Assembly: GCA_035698825.1 (NCBI GenBank)
Contig: DASSBK010000221.1
Span: 1-35,787 of the forward strand
Source: Gemmatimonadota bacterium
Lineage (GTDB): Bacteria; Gemmatimonadota; Gemmatimonadetes; JACCXV01; JAHWKZ01
DNA length: 35,787 nt
Direction of reading: 5' to 3'
The notes beneath the pieces were generated by a model. It searched no databases. It was given only the letters and a program-made list of their open reading frames with translations, and was not told where the DNA came from. The position numbers and the translations under genes were made by a program. Positions 26,415 to 34,918 of this stretch are shown here, piece by piece (position 1 is the stretch's first letter; each line of letters begins with the position of its first letter).

Positions 26415-26708
26415 ATGGCGGACGAAACGCACGCGGTGACAGGGAGGAAGAAGCCGAACTACTACCTGGTGTGGCTGTACCTGCTGATCCTGACGATCGC
26501 CGAGGTGGCGGTCGCGTTCATGTCACACCTGCCCGAGACGTGGCTCATCCTGCTGCTGCTGTTCCTGGCGGTGTGGAAGGCGGCCTTGGTGGCGATGTAC
26601 TACATGCACCTCAGGTTCGAGCCGCCGAGGCTCGTGATGATGGTGCTGGCCCCTATCCCGCTCGCCATCCTGATCACGGCCACCGTCGTCACGATGGAGA
26701 TCCGCTGA
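26415..26708 (+). CDS. Cytochrome c oxidase subunit IV family protein
   Basis: GGAGGAG SD; LTIAEV...KAALVAMYYMHLRFE; three TM helices. Confidence 0.87.
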   Translation: MADETHAVTGRKKPNYYLVWLYLLILTIAEVAVAFMSHLPETWLILLLLFLAVWKAALVAMYYMHLRFEPPRLVMMVLAPIPLAILITATVVTMEIR

Positions 26709-26724
26709 TCCGGGGCGGCAGTCG

Positions 26725-26862
26725 ATGAACCACGACGTCATGACCGGCATGCTGTGGGCGGCGCTCTTCATGGTGGGCGTGCCTCTGGCCATCGGCGTAG
26801 GCGTCCTGGTCGCAGTGCTCCGGCGGCGCCGCGGAGACGACAGCCCGGCGCCCGGCGCCTGA
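26725..26862 (+). CDS. Putative 45-aa single-pass membrane protein (absent from the ORF track)
   Basis: MNHDVMTGMLWAALFMVGVPLAIGVGVLVAVLRRRRGDDSPAPGA*: hydrophobic helix plus Arg stop-transfer, GC3-rich codons. Weak SD. Confidence 0.55.
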   Translation: MNHDVMTGMLWAALFMVGVPLAIGVGVLVAVLRRRRGDDSPAPGA

Positions 26863-26870
26863 GCAGGTCG

Positions 26871-27107
26871 TTGCCGGGCTCCTCGCTCATCCCCTTCCAC
26901 AGGGTTCTGATCGCGACCGCGATCGTCTTTTGCGCGGGCTTGTCGTGGTGGATGTTCTCGATGAGCGGGGAGGGCGGCTCGACGCCCTTCGGGCTGCTCG
27001 GCGCGGTCTTCGCGGTCCTCGCCGTGGTGCTGGCGATCTACCTGTGGAATCTTCGACGCGTGCTGGGCTACCGGGACGAGCGGGGCGAACGCGGCCCCCG
27101 CCGCTGA
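26871..27107 (+). CDS. Small two-TM membrane protein
   Basis: IPFHRVLIATAIVFCAGLSWW...GAVFAVLAVVLAIYLWNLRR; TTG start inferred. Confidence 0.6.
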   Translation: MPGSSLIPFHRVLIATAIVFCAGLSWWMFSMSGEGGSTPFGLLGAVFAVLAVVLAIYLWNLRRVLGYRDERGERGPRR

Positions 27108-27124
27108 GCCCGCTCGAGCTCCAA

Positions 27125-27673
27125 CTAGTCCTCGTTCCAGATCCTGTTGAAGTGGGTCAGGATCCGGGGATGTCGATACCAGAGGTAGGCCGCCATCGCC
27201 CCCGCCGCCAGAAGATTGGCGACCGCCACGCCCCAGAAAGCGATACCGCCGAGCAGGGGCTCCCCCATCGCCAGCAGGAAGATCTGGAATGCCGTCTCGA
27301 AGAAGACGAACAGGAACACGAGCGCAATGCCCAGCGGCGGGACCCGCTCGATCTCGCTCACGAGGAACGACGCCACCAGGCCGACACCGATGAACGCGGC
27401 ATGGTGGACCAGCGTATACGCCGCCACCATTCCGGGGTCGACGGCCCGATGACCCGCCGCCGCATGCGTCCCCTTGAAGAGTACTGTTCCGAGCAGGGAA
27501 GGCGTCCACAGAGGGACATGCTGGATCGTGTCCAGAAGCAGGAACCACGCGGCCACGACTCCGGCACCGATGAGGCCGGTGATGAACCCCTCCATCAGGG
27601 TCGTCGAGACCGACAGTGGGGGGACGGCGTGCGAAGCGGCGGCCGTGCCTGGATGTTCGTGCTCGTTGCCCAT
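27125..27673 (-). CDS. Four-TM hypothetical membrane protein, last gene of the caa3 operon
   Basis: ATG 27673 with AAGGA SD; four hydrophobic helices; motifs TPSLLG, YTLVHH and ANLLAA. Confidence 0.72.
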   Translation of the reverse strand: MGNEHEHPGTAAASHAVPPLSVSTTLMEGFITGLIGAGVVAAWFLLLDTIQHVPLWTPSLLGTVLFKGTHAAAGHRAVDPGMVAAYTLVHHAAFIGVGLVASFLVSEIERVPPLGIALVFLFVFFETAFQIFLLAMGEPLLGGIAFWGVAVANLLAAGAMAAYLWYRHPRILTHFNRIWNED

Positions 27674-27713
27674 TCCTTCTCCTGCTCGGTTCAAGAACGA
27701 CGGACTTCCAACG

Positions 27714-28034
27714 CTACATGTGGGCGCCCGATCCGATAGCGCCGAACAACAGCATCATCGCCAGAATGATCACGGTTGCCACCACGATTCCGCCCGCGAA
27801 CACGGTTGTAAGGATCGGCCGGTCGAACTTGAGGTGCATGAAGAACATCGCGACCAGTATGAACTTCGCCGCAGACAGGACGAGCAGGAACGGTACGATG
27901 ACCGAGTGGAGCAGCGGCACGTAGAAGACCGCGACCTCGAGCATCGTGAGGATCCCCAGGACCACCGCGATCAGCCAGTACGTGCTCTTGCTCGCGTGGC
28001 CCTTCGACGATTCCGATACGGCGTGCTCGGCCAT
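27714..28034 (-). CDS. Cytochrome c oxidase subunit IV family protein (caa3-type)
   Basis: LTMLEV...SAAKFILVAMFFMHLKFD. Confidence 0.88.
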   Translation of the reverse strand: MAEHAVSESSKGHASKSTYWLIAVVLGILTMLEVAVFYVPLLHSVIVPFLLVLSAAKFILVAMFFMHLKFDRPILTTVFAGGIVVATVIILAMMLLFGAIGSGAHM

Positions 28035-28043
28035 GATCTCCCG

Positions 28044-28616
28044 CTACTGAATGAGATAGACGACGGTGAAGATGACGATCCATACAACGTCCACGAAGTG
28101 CCAGTACAGCCCCGCCACCTCCACGTCGAGACTCCGCTCCGGGCCCAGAGTCCCGCGCAGCGACATCACCAGCAGGGTGATCATCCAGACGACCCCCACG
28201 GTCACGTGCGCCCCGTGGAAGCCGGTCAGGACGAAGAACGTGGCGCCGAAGAGGTTCTGCTGGAGCGTGAGGCCTTCGTGATAGAAGTGCGAGAACTCGA
28301 ACACCTGGCCGCCGATGAACAGTCCGCCGAGGAGGATCACGCCGCCGAGCCAGATCCTGGTCATGCGCCGGTCGCCGCTCTGCACTGCGTCCAATGCGAG
28401 CACCATCGCCAGGCTCGACATGAGAAGGACGAAGGTCGAAACCGACGTGAGCGGGATATTCAGGATCTCCGCGGGGGTAGGGCCGACGATGCTCTTTCCC
28501 TCGTACGAGAGGTAGGTCGCGATGAGCGATCCGAAGAACATGCACTCGGAGGCGATGAACACCCACATCGCCATCTTGCGGCTGGGAACCCCGAAAGTCG
28601 TGGCGTGCGGATCCAT
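28044..28616 (-). CDS. coxC: Cytochrome c oxidase subunit III (short form)
   Basis: MWVFIASECMFFG, TGFHGAHV, GLYWHFVDVVW. Confidence 0.93.
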   Translation of the reverse strand: MDPHATTFGVPSRKMAMWVFIASECMFFGSLIATYLSYEGKSIVGPTPAEILNIPLTSVSTFVLLMSSLAMVLALDAVQSGDRRMTRIWLGGVILLGGLFIGGQVFEFSHFYHEGLTLQQNLFGATFFVLTGFHGAHVTVGVVWMITLLVMSLRGTLGPERSLDVEVAGLYWHFVDVVWIVIFTVVYLIQ

Positions 28617-30505
28617 CAGCGACCTCCGGTCGATGCGGGTCCGAACGAGGGATGGCCCAGTCGCTCAAGCGGCTGGAACGCCCAGCGGTAGACGCCGAAC
28701 ACCAGGACGGCCACGCCGATCAGGACCAGCCACAGGCCGACCAGCGCCCCGCCGCCCATGAGCGCGAGGCCGAGGGCGGCCAGCACGGGCCAGCCCGACG
28801 GCGAAGGCAGGTCGACCCGCACCGGAGGCGTCTCCGGCTGGGCGGGGGTGCCTTCCTCCTTGGTGTGCGTCGAGATGTCCCTGGTCGGCCCGTGCTTGTG
28901 CAGCCAGAAGGGACGCGCGCTGTTGACCGCCGGGACGACCGCGAAGTTGTACTCCGGCGGGGGCGAGCTCATCGTCCACTCGAGGGTGGCGGCATCCCAC
29001 GGATCGCCGACGGCCCGCGCGCCCGACGCGGCGCTGCGGATCGCGTTGACGAAGAAGACGAGAACCGACACGGCGATCACGAACGCTCCCACCGTGGCGA
29101 CCTCATTCCATCGCTCCCAGCCGAGATCGGCGGCGTACGTATAGATCCGGCGAGGCATCCCGTCCATGCCCAGGAAGTGCATGGGGAAGAACGTCAGGTT
29201 CATTCCGATGAACATGAGCCAGAAATGGAGCTTCCCGAGCCCCTCGCCGATCATCCGCCCGGTGATCTTCGGCCACCAGTAGTAGATCCCCGCGAACAGG
29301 CCGAAGATCGTTCCTCCGAAGAACACGTAGTGGAGGTGCGCGACCACGAAGTACGAATCGGTCTGCTGGATATCGACCGGCGGGGAGGCGTGCATGATGC
29401 CGGAGAGTCCACCGATGATGAACAAGGCGACCATGCCGACGGCGAAGTAGAGCGGCGTCTTGAACCGGATTCTTCCACCCCACAGCGTCGCTATCCAGTT
29501 GAAGACTTTCACACCGGTGGGTATGGCGATCAGCATCGAGCCCAGCGAGAACGCCGTATCGGCGACGGCTCCCAGCCCGGTGGCGAACATGTGGTGGCTC
29601 CACACGCCGAAGCCGAGGAAGCCGATCAGGATCCCCGAGAAGATCATGAACGGTGCACCGAACAACGGCTTGCGCGAGAACGTCGGCAGGACCTCGGATA
29701 CAACCCCGAAGGACGGCAGAATCAAAATGTAGACTTCAGGATGACCGAAGATCCAGAACAGATGCTGCCAAAGGATCGGCGTTCCGCCCGCCGTGGGGAT
29801 GTAGAAATGCGTGCCGAAGAAGCGGTCGAACAGCAGGAAAATAAAAGCCACGGTAATAGCCGGGAACGCCAGCAGCATCAGCACCTGGGTGATCAGGGCC
29901 ATCCACACGAAGAGCGGGGTCCTCATCAGCGACATTCCAGGAGCGCGCATGTTGAGAATCGTGACCGTGAAATTGACCGCCGATGCGATCGACGCGATGC
30001 CCATGATCTGCAACGACAGCAGCCAGAAATCGATTCCCATGCCCGGGCTGTACTGCTTCGAGGTCAGGTTCGCGTAACCGAACCATCCGGCGTCCGGCGG
30101 GTGGCCCGCAAAGAATGATAAGTTGAGCAGCAGGCTGCCGAACAAGAAGGTCCAGAAGCTGAACGCGTTGAGACGCGGGAATGCCACGTCGCGCGCGCCG
30201 ATCATGAGGGGGATCATATAGTTGAAGAGAGCAGCCGAGAGTGGCATCAGGACGAGGAAGATCATCGTCGTGCCGTGCATCGTGAAGAGCTGGTTGAACG
30301 TATCGGCCCCGACGACCATTCCGTCCGCGGAAGCGAGCTGCAAACGAATGATCAACGCCTCCACGCCGCCGACGACGAAGTACAACAGGGCAGTGACACC
30401 GTACAGAATTCCGATGCGCTTGTGGTCGACGGTCGTCAGCCACGATCGTAGCCCGCCCGCGTAGATCGACTCGTGCCCTGCTTCCGCCGTCGCGTGGGAA
30501 CTCAT
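28616..30505 (-). CDS. coxA: Cytochrome c oxidase subunit I, A1-type, with extra C-terminal TM helices
   Basis: TVDHKRIG, TMHGTTM, DVAFPRLN, GHPEVY, WSHHMF, PTGVK, VVAHLHY, GMPRR. Confidence 0.96.
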   Translation of the reverse strand: MSSHATAEAGHESIYAGGLRSWLTTVDHKRIGILYGVTALLYFVVGGVEALIIRLQLASADGMVVGADTFNQLFTMHGTTMIFLVLMPLSAALFNYMIPLMIGARDVAFPRLNAFSFWTFLFGSLLLNLSFFAGHPPDAGWFGYANLTSKQYSPGMGIDFWLLSLQIMGIASIASAVNFTVTILNMRAPGMSLMRTPLFVWMALITQVLMLLAFPAITVAFIFLLFDRFFGTHFYIPTAGGTPILWQHLFWIFGHPEVYILILPSFGVVSEVLPTFSRKPLFGAPFMIFSGILIGFLGFGVWSHHMFATGLGAVADTAFSLGSMLIAIPTGVKVFNWIATLWGGRIRFKTPLYFAVGMVALFIIGGLSGIMHASPPVDIQQTDSYFVVAHLHYVFFGGTIFGLFAGIYYWWPKITGRMIGEGLGKLHFWLMFIGMNLTFFPMHFLGMDGMPRRIYTYAADLGWERWNEVATVGAFVIAVSVLVFFVNAIRSAASGARAVGDPWDAATLEWTMSSPPPEYNFAVVPAVNSARPFWLHKHGPTRDISTHTKEEGTPAQPETPPVRVDLPSPSGWPVLAALGLALMGGGALVGLWLVLIGVAVLVFGVYRWAFQPLERLGHPSFGPASTGGR

Positions 30506-31500
30506 CTCAACCCCTCCAGGAACCGTACCAGGTCATGGATCCTCTGCTCGTCCAGATTGAGATCGGGCATGAGGGCGCCGGGCTTCACACTGTCGGGTGT
30601 CCGCAGCCATCCCGCCAGGTGCTCTGGCGTGTTGGGGATCAAGGACGCCGCGAGGCTCGTCCGCCGGCCAACGTTGGTGAGGTTAGGGCCGACCTTCCCC
30701 TGCGCCGGCGTTCCCGCGATCGTGTGGCAGGCGGCGCATCCGGAGATCAGGAACGTCATCGCGCCGGCGGAATCCGGAGCGGCCGGTGCGCTCATCGCGG
30801 CGGCCCACTCGGCGAACGTAGCCGAGTCGTCCACGAACACGCGCATCCGCATGTTCGCATGCGAGGTTCCGCACAGCTCGGCGCACTGGCCGTGGTACTG
30901 GCCGACCTCGGTGGGCGTGAACCACAGCCGATTCTCCGATCCCGGATTCAGATCGCGCTTGCCCCCGATCCGGGGAACCCAGAAGGAATGGATGACGTCG
31001 GCCGACGTGAGGGTCAGGTTCACGGTGCGGCCGACCGGCACGTGGAGCTCGTTGGCGGTCACGAACCCCAGCTCCGGATACTGGAACTCCCACCACCATT
31101 GATGCCCGATGACGGTGATTTCCATCGGATCTCCACCGGGAGGCGGGCCCTGCATCACGAAGACCGTTCGCACCGTCGGAATGGCGATGAAGAACAGGAT
31201 TGCGGCGGGTACGAGCGTCCAGGCGATCTCGAGCGCGGTGAAGCCGTGAACCTGGCTGGGGGCTCCCGATTCGTCGCGGCGGCTCCTGTACCGCAACAGG
31301 GCGTAGAGCAGAAGCAGCTCCACCACCACGAAGATCCCGAGCGTCCACCAGATCAGGTCGCCGTAGACGTCTGACCCCAGGCGTCCGAAGTCCGAAACCG
31401 GCCTCAGGGTGCGCCAGTCCGGCCCGGTCCCGCATCCCGCCAGAAGCATGGGGAGCGCCGCGAGGAGCGTCTTTCGGAAGATCGACCGTTCGCGACTCAA
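30502..31500 (-). CDS. coxB: Cytochrome c oxidase subunit II with fused cytochrome c (caa3-type lipoprotein)
   Basis: Lipobox LLAG-C, LEIAWT, GHQWWWEF, DVIHSF, CAELCGTSHANM and C-terminal CAACH...KPGALMP. TTG start at 31500 is inferred. Confidence 0.9.
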   Translation of the reverse strand: MSRERSIFRKTLLAALPMLLAGCGTGPDWRTLRPVSDFGRLGSDVYGDLIWWTLGIFVVVELLLLYALLRYRSRRDESGAPSQVHGFTALEIAWTLVPAAILFFIAIPTVRTVFVMQGPPPGGDPMEITVIGHQWWWEFQYPELGFVTANELHVPVGRTVNLTLTSADVIHSFWVPRIGGKRDLNPGSENRLWFTPTEVGQYHGQCAELCGTSHANMRMRVFVDDSATFAEWAAAMSAPAAPDSAGAMTFLISGCAACHTIAGTPAQGKVGPNLTNVGRRTSLAASLIPNTPEHLAGWLRTPDSVKPGALMPDLNLDEQRIHDLVRFLEGLR

Positions 31501-31558
31501 GGTTTCCAGCGGTGTCAGAAGGCGATCGAAAAAAGCACCCGCGGCCAGGAAGGGCGGT

Positions 31559-31587
31559 AGAGTACCGGTCACGAGGGGTCTCGTCAA
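31559..31587 (-). promoter_or_regulatory. Sigma70-type promoter for the caa3 operon
   Basis: Minus strand TTGACG-17 bp-TACTCT, about 60 bp upstream of the inferred coxB start. Confidence 0.6.
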
Positions 31588-31702
31588 GGGAACACGACGC
31601 ACGGCGCAGGGGTCTAAGAAATGACGCTGGATTTCGGTCCGCTGTCGCATAAGTTCGTCCGTTCGAAGAAGGCCGGATCCGGGAACGATAGAAGGAGATG
31701 AA

Positions 31703-33361
31703 ATGAAGCCTACGCATTCCCCCTCGCGTGCCGTGTTCGCGATCGCGTTCCTCGCGGCGGCGCTCTCGTCCGGTTTCGAAGCCACCCGCGCCGTCGCCCA
31801 GGAGACGGAGTTCGTCGTCGCGGTGCTGCCCTTCACTTCGCCGGACGATGGCGAGTCGAAGGATGTCCAGGAGGCGATGATCGCAGGGCTCGATCTCCTG
31901 GGCCCGTACACTCTCATCGAACAGGACGTCATCAACGACGCACTGGACAATGCGGGCCTCGAGCCCGGGCAGGAGATTCCCGAAGCGAAGACCCTGGAGA
32001 TCGGCAGGGACCTGGGAGCCAAGATCGTTGCCCGCGGCAAGCTCTCGCAAAGCGGGGAGCAGTGGACGGCGGAGCCGGTCTTCGTGGAGGTCGGCACGCG
32101 GGTCACGCAGGAGCTGGGTCCCGTCACGGCGAACGACGCGAGTGACCTCGGCGAGCGCGTCGTCGAGTCGTTCAACTCGCGAAACCAGGCCGACAAGCAC
32201 GTGATCTTCGGCCGGGACTATGCACGCTCGCAGGCGTATGGTCGGGCGCTGACGAACTTCAAGCAGGCGCTCGAGTTCGATCCCGAGCTGGCCCGCGCGT
32301 ATTACTACATGGGGACCACGTACCTCGAGATGGATTCGCTGAACCCGGCCCTGGCGTCGCTGCAGAAAGCGGTCGAGATCGATCCCGCCTACATCAACGC
32401 CTATCTATCGATCGGCCAGGCGTACCTGGAGAAGGGCGACACCACCCAGGCCAAGGGATTCTTCGAAGAGCTCGCTGCCCAGAAGGCGGACGACTGCCAG
32501 ATCCAGGTGGCGTACGGCTACGTGATGGCGAACCAGCTCGGAGAGGTCGACAAGGGTCTGCAGGCGTTCGAGAAGGCCAAGCAGCTGTGTCCCGACAACG
32601 CCGAGGCCTATCAGTACCTCGCGTACGCGCTGCCCGACACGCGTCGCGAGGAGAAGATCCAGAACTTCCGGAAGTACCTCGAGCTGACCGAAGGGAAGGC
32701 CACGGATCCCGAGGCGCTCCAGTACCTGTTCGGGCTCTATCTCGCCGAGGAGCAGTTCACGGAGGCCGCACAGACGATCGAGCAGGCGCTCGCCGCTGAT
32801 CCGACGAACGCCAGCCTGCAGCTGTACGCCGGCATCGCACAGAGCAAGCTCGGGAATCACCAGCAGGCCATCCCGTACTTCGACAAGGCGATCGAGCTCA
32901 ACCCCGACCTGCAGGACGCGTACCTGTATCGCGCGATTTCCAATCGGGAGCTCGGCAACACCGCCGCCTACGCGCAGGATCTGGAGCGCGCCGGCCAGGG
33001 GCAGTCCGGCGAGATCCTGGCGGGCCTGGCGCTCGCCGATGCGCACCGGGCCCTTCAGTCGGGCCGGGCGAGCGCCGCTCTGGAGGCCCTCTCCCGCGCG
33101 TCGGCGCTGGGCGCGAACTCCTGCGCCGTCTCGTACTATCGCGGCGACGCCTTCTACCGCATGGGCCGGGGGCTGGAAGGGGAAGACAGCACGGTCGCCC
33201 AGAACGAGCGCGCCAAGGAGATGTTCCAGACCGCGATCAACCACCTGCAGGGCGCCTGCGGGGAATACCAGGGCTACGCGCAGGGGCTGATCAACAACGC
33301 CAACCAGTACATCGTGCGCGTCGACGCCATCATCCGGAAGCTGAGCTCGAGCGGAGGCTGA
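31703..33361 (+). CDS. Exported tetratricopeptide-repeat protein
   Basis: AAGGAG SD, signal peptide (AVA-Q), an N-terminal alpha/beta domain (VAVLPF) and multiple TPRs (ALEFDP..A.AYYYMG, AIELNP..AYLY). Confidence 0.85.
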   Translation: MKPTHSPSRAVFAIAFLAAALSSGFEATRAVAQETEFVVAVLPFTSPDDGESKDVQEAMIAGLDLLGPYTLIEQDVINDALDNAGLEPGQEIPEAKTLEIGRDLGAKIVARGKLSQSGEQWTAEPVFVEVGTRVTQELGPVTANDASDLGERVVESFNSRNQADKHVIFGRDYARSQAYGRALTNFKQALEFDPELARAYYYMGTTYLEMDSLNPALASLQKAVEIDPAYINAYLSIGQAYLEKGDTTQAKGFFEELAAQKADDCQIQVAYGYVMANQLGEVDKGLQAFEKAKQLCPDNAEAYQYLAYALPDTRREEKIQNFRKYLELTEGKATDPEALQYLFGLYLAEEQFTEAAQTIEQALAADPTNASLQLYAGIAQSKLGNHQQAIPYFDKAIELNPDLQDAYLYRAISNRELGNTAAYAQDLERAGQGQSGEILAGLALADAHRALQSGRASAALEALSRASALGANSCAVSYYRGDAFYRMGRGLEGEDSTVAQNERAKEMFQTAINHLQGACGEYQGYAQGLINNANQYIVRVDAIIRKLSSSGG

Positions 33362-33380
33362 TCGTCGATCGAGAAGAGCG

Positions 33381-33446
33381 CCGGACCGCAAAAAGGGGCG
33401 GTCCGGTCGAAGGGAACGGACGGGTCGCTTCTCGTGGCGACCCGTC
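33381..33446 (+). terminator. Two GC-rich hairpins after the TPR gene (possible terminator)
   Basis: CCGGACCGC/GCGGTCCGG (33381-33406) and GACGGGTCGC/GCGACCCGTC (33419-33446). Only a weak T-tract follows. Confidence 0.4.
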
Positions 33447-33469
33447 GGCGTTTCCGGGCCCGGAATTCG

Positions 33470-33498
33470 TTGACAGTGGAAAGGGGGCGCCGTACTTT
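33470..33498 (+). promoter_or_regulatory. Sigma70-type promoter for tRNA-Asp
   Basis: TTGACA-17 bp-TACTTT, 45 bp upstream of the tRNA. Confidence 0.7.
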
Positions 33499-33543
33499 CT
33501 CGGACCCTGCATCCCTATCGGCTGCTTCCATCTACCATGGCGC

Positions 33544-33621
<78 letters not shown>

Positions 33622-33682
33622 TTTCCAGAAGGGTGCCGACCCCTCTGCCCATCCCCCTCGCCGTCAGACTCCCCGCCGCGCC

Positions 33683-34918
33683 ATGAGCGGCGAACGAGTC
33701 TCGCTGGCCGGGGTCAGCCATCGAACGGCTCCGCTCGACCGGCGCGAGCGCTTCGCGCTCCAGCCGGACGCGGCCGCCCGCCTGCTCTCCGGGCTGGGTC
33801 CGGAGACGTTTCTGCTCGTCACCTGCAACCGCACGGAGCTCTACGGCTCCCGCACCGCCGAGGAGCTCGAGGCCGCGCTGCTCCATGCCGCGGGCGGGGG
33901 CGATCCCGGGGACCTCTACAGGAAGACGGGCAGGGAAGCCGTCGGTCACCTGTTCGCCGTTGCGGCGGGCCTCGATTCGATGGTCGTCGGCGAGCCTCAG
34001 ATCCTGGGTCAGGTCAAACGTGCCATGGGAGACGCCGAGGGAGCGGGTGCCCTGGGGCCGGTCCTCGGCGAGCTGGTCCGGCGTGCGATCTCGGTGGGGC
34101 GCCGCGCGCGTCGCGAGACGAACCTCGGCAGGGGCCTGCCGTCGATCCCCAAGGTGGCCACCGGGATGGTGCGGCTGGTCCTGGGAGACCTGGCGGACCG
34201 GACGCTCCTCGTCGTGGGCACCGGCAAGCTCGGCCAACAGGCCGCGGGCCTGCTGCGCCGGTCGGGAGCTTCGCGAGTGGTCGTCACGAACCGCAGCCCC
34301 GAGGCCGCGATGCGCCTCGCGGACGAGATCGGGGGACGGTCGGCCCCGTTCGCCGACCTGGACGCGCTGCTCGTCGAGGCCGACATCGTGATCACCTGCA
34401 CGGCGGCGGCCGCGCCGATCCTGACCCGCGATCGCCTCGCGGCCGCCATGACCGCCCGCCGCGACCGCAAGCTCGTTCTGATCGACATCGCCGTCCCCCG
34501 GGACGTCGAGCCCTCGGCGCGCTCGCTGCGCGGAGTGCGGCTCCACGACCTCGACGACCTGCGGGGCTGGGGATCGGCTTCCATCGCCCCCGAGACGATC
34601 GATCGCGCGCGGGCCATCGTGAACGAAGAGACGGCCGGCTTCCTCGGCTGGCAGGCGGCACGGTCGGCGGTGCCCACGATACGGGCGCTGCGCGAGCGCG
34701 CGGAGCGGATCCTGGAGGCGGAGGTGGGAAGCCGCGCGCCCGAGAAAGCGGAGGAGATGCGCGAGTTCGGCCGCCGGCTCCTCAACAAGATCCTCCACGA
34801 GCCGCTCGTTCATCTCCGCGACGGAGCCGCATCCGAAGGCGAGGCCTATCTCGCGGTGGCGCGCGATCTGTTCGGCCTCGAGGAGGGGGAGAACGGGGGC
34901 CCGCGGAGCGGGGAATGA
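33683..34918 (+). CDS. hemA: Glutamyl-tRNA reductase
   Basis: GVSHRTAP..RE, TCNRTELY, HLFAVAAGLDSMVVGEPQILGQVK, DIAVPRDVE, KILHEP. Confidence 0.95.
   Translation: MSGERVSLAGVSHRTAPLDRRERFALQPDAAARLLSGLGPETFLLVTCNRTELYGSRTAEELEAALLHAAGGGDPGDLYRKTGREAVGHLFAVAAGLDSMVVGEPQILGQVKRAMGDAEGAGALGPVLGELVRRAISVGRRARRETNLGRGLPSIPKVATGMVRLVLGDLADRTLLVVGTGKLGQQAAGLLRRSGASRVVVTNRSPEAAMRLADEIGGRSAPFADLDALLVEADIVITCTAAAAPILTRDRLAAAMTARRDRKLVLIDIAVPRDVEPSARSLRGVRLHDLDDLRGWGSASIAPETIDRARAIVNEETAGFLGWQAARSAVPTIRALRERAERILEAEVGSRAPEKAEEMREFGRRLLNKILHEPLVHLRDGAASEGEAYLAVARDLFGLEEGENGGPRSGE

Noticed and set aside
29400-30500. Somewhat more A/T-ending codons in the 5' half of the second coxA, suggesting horizontal transfer
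   Set aside because: The impression is not quantified, the frame is intact and no mobility signatures flank it.
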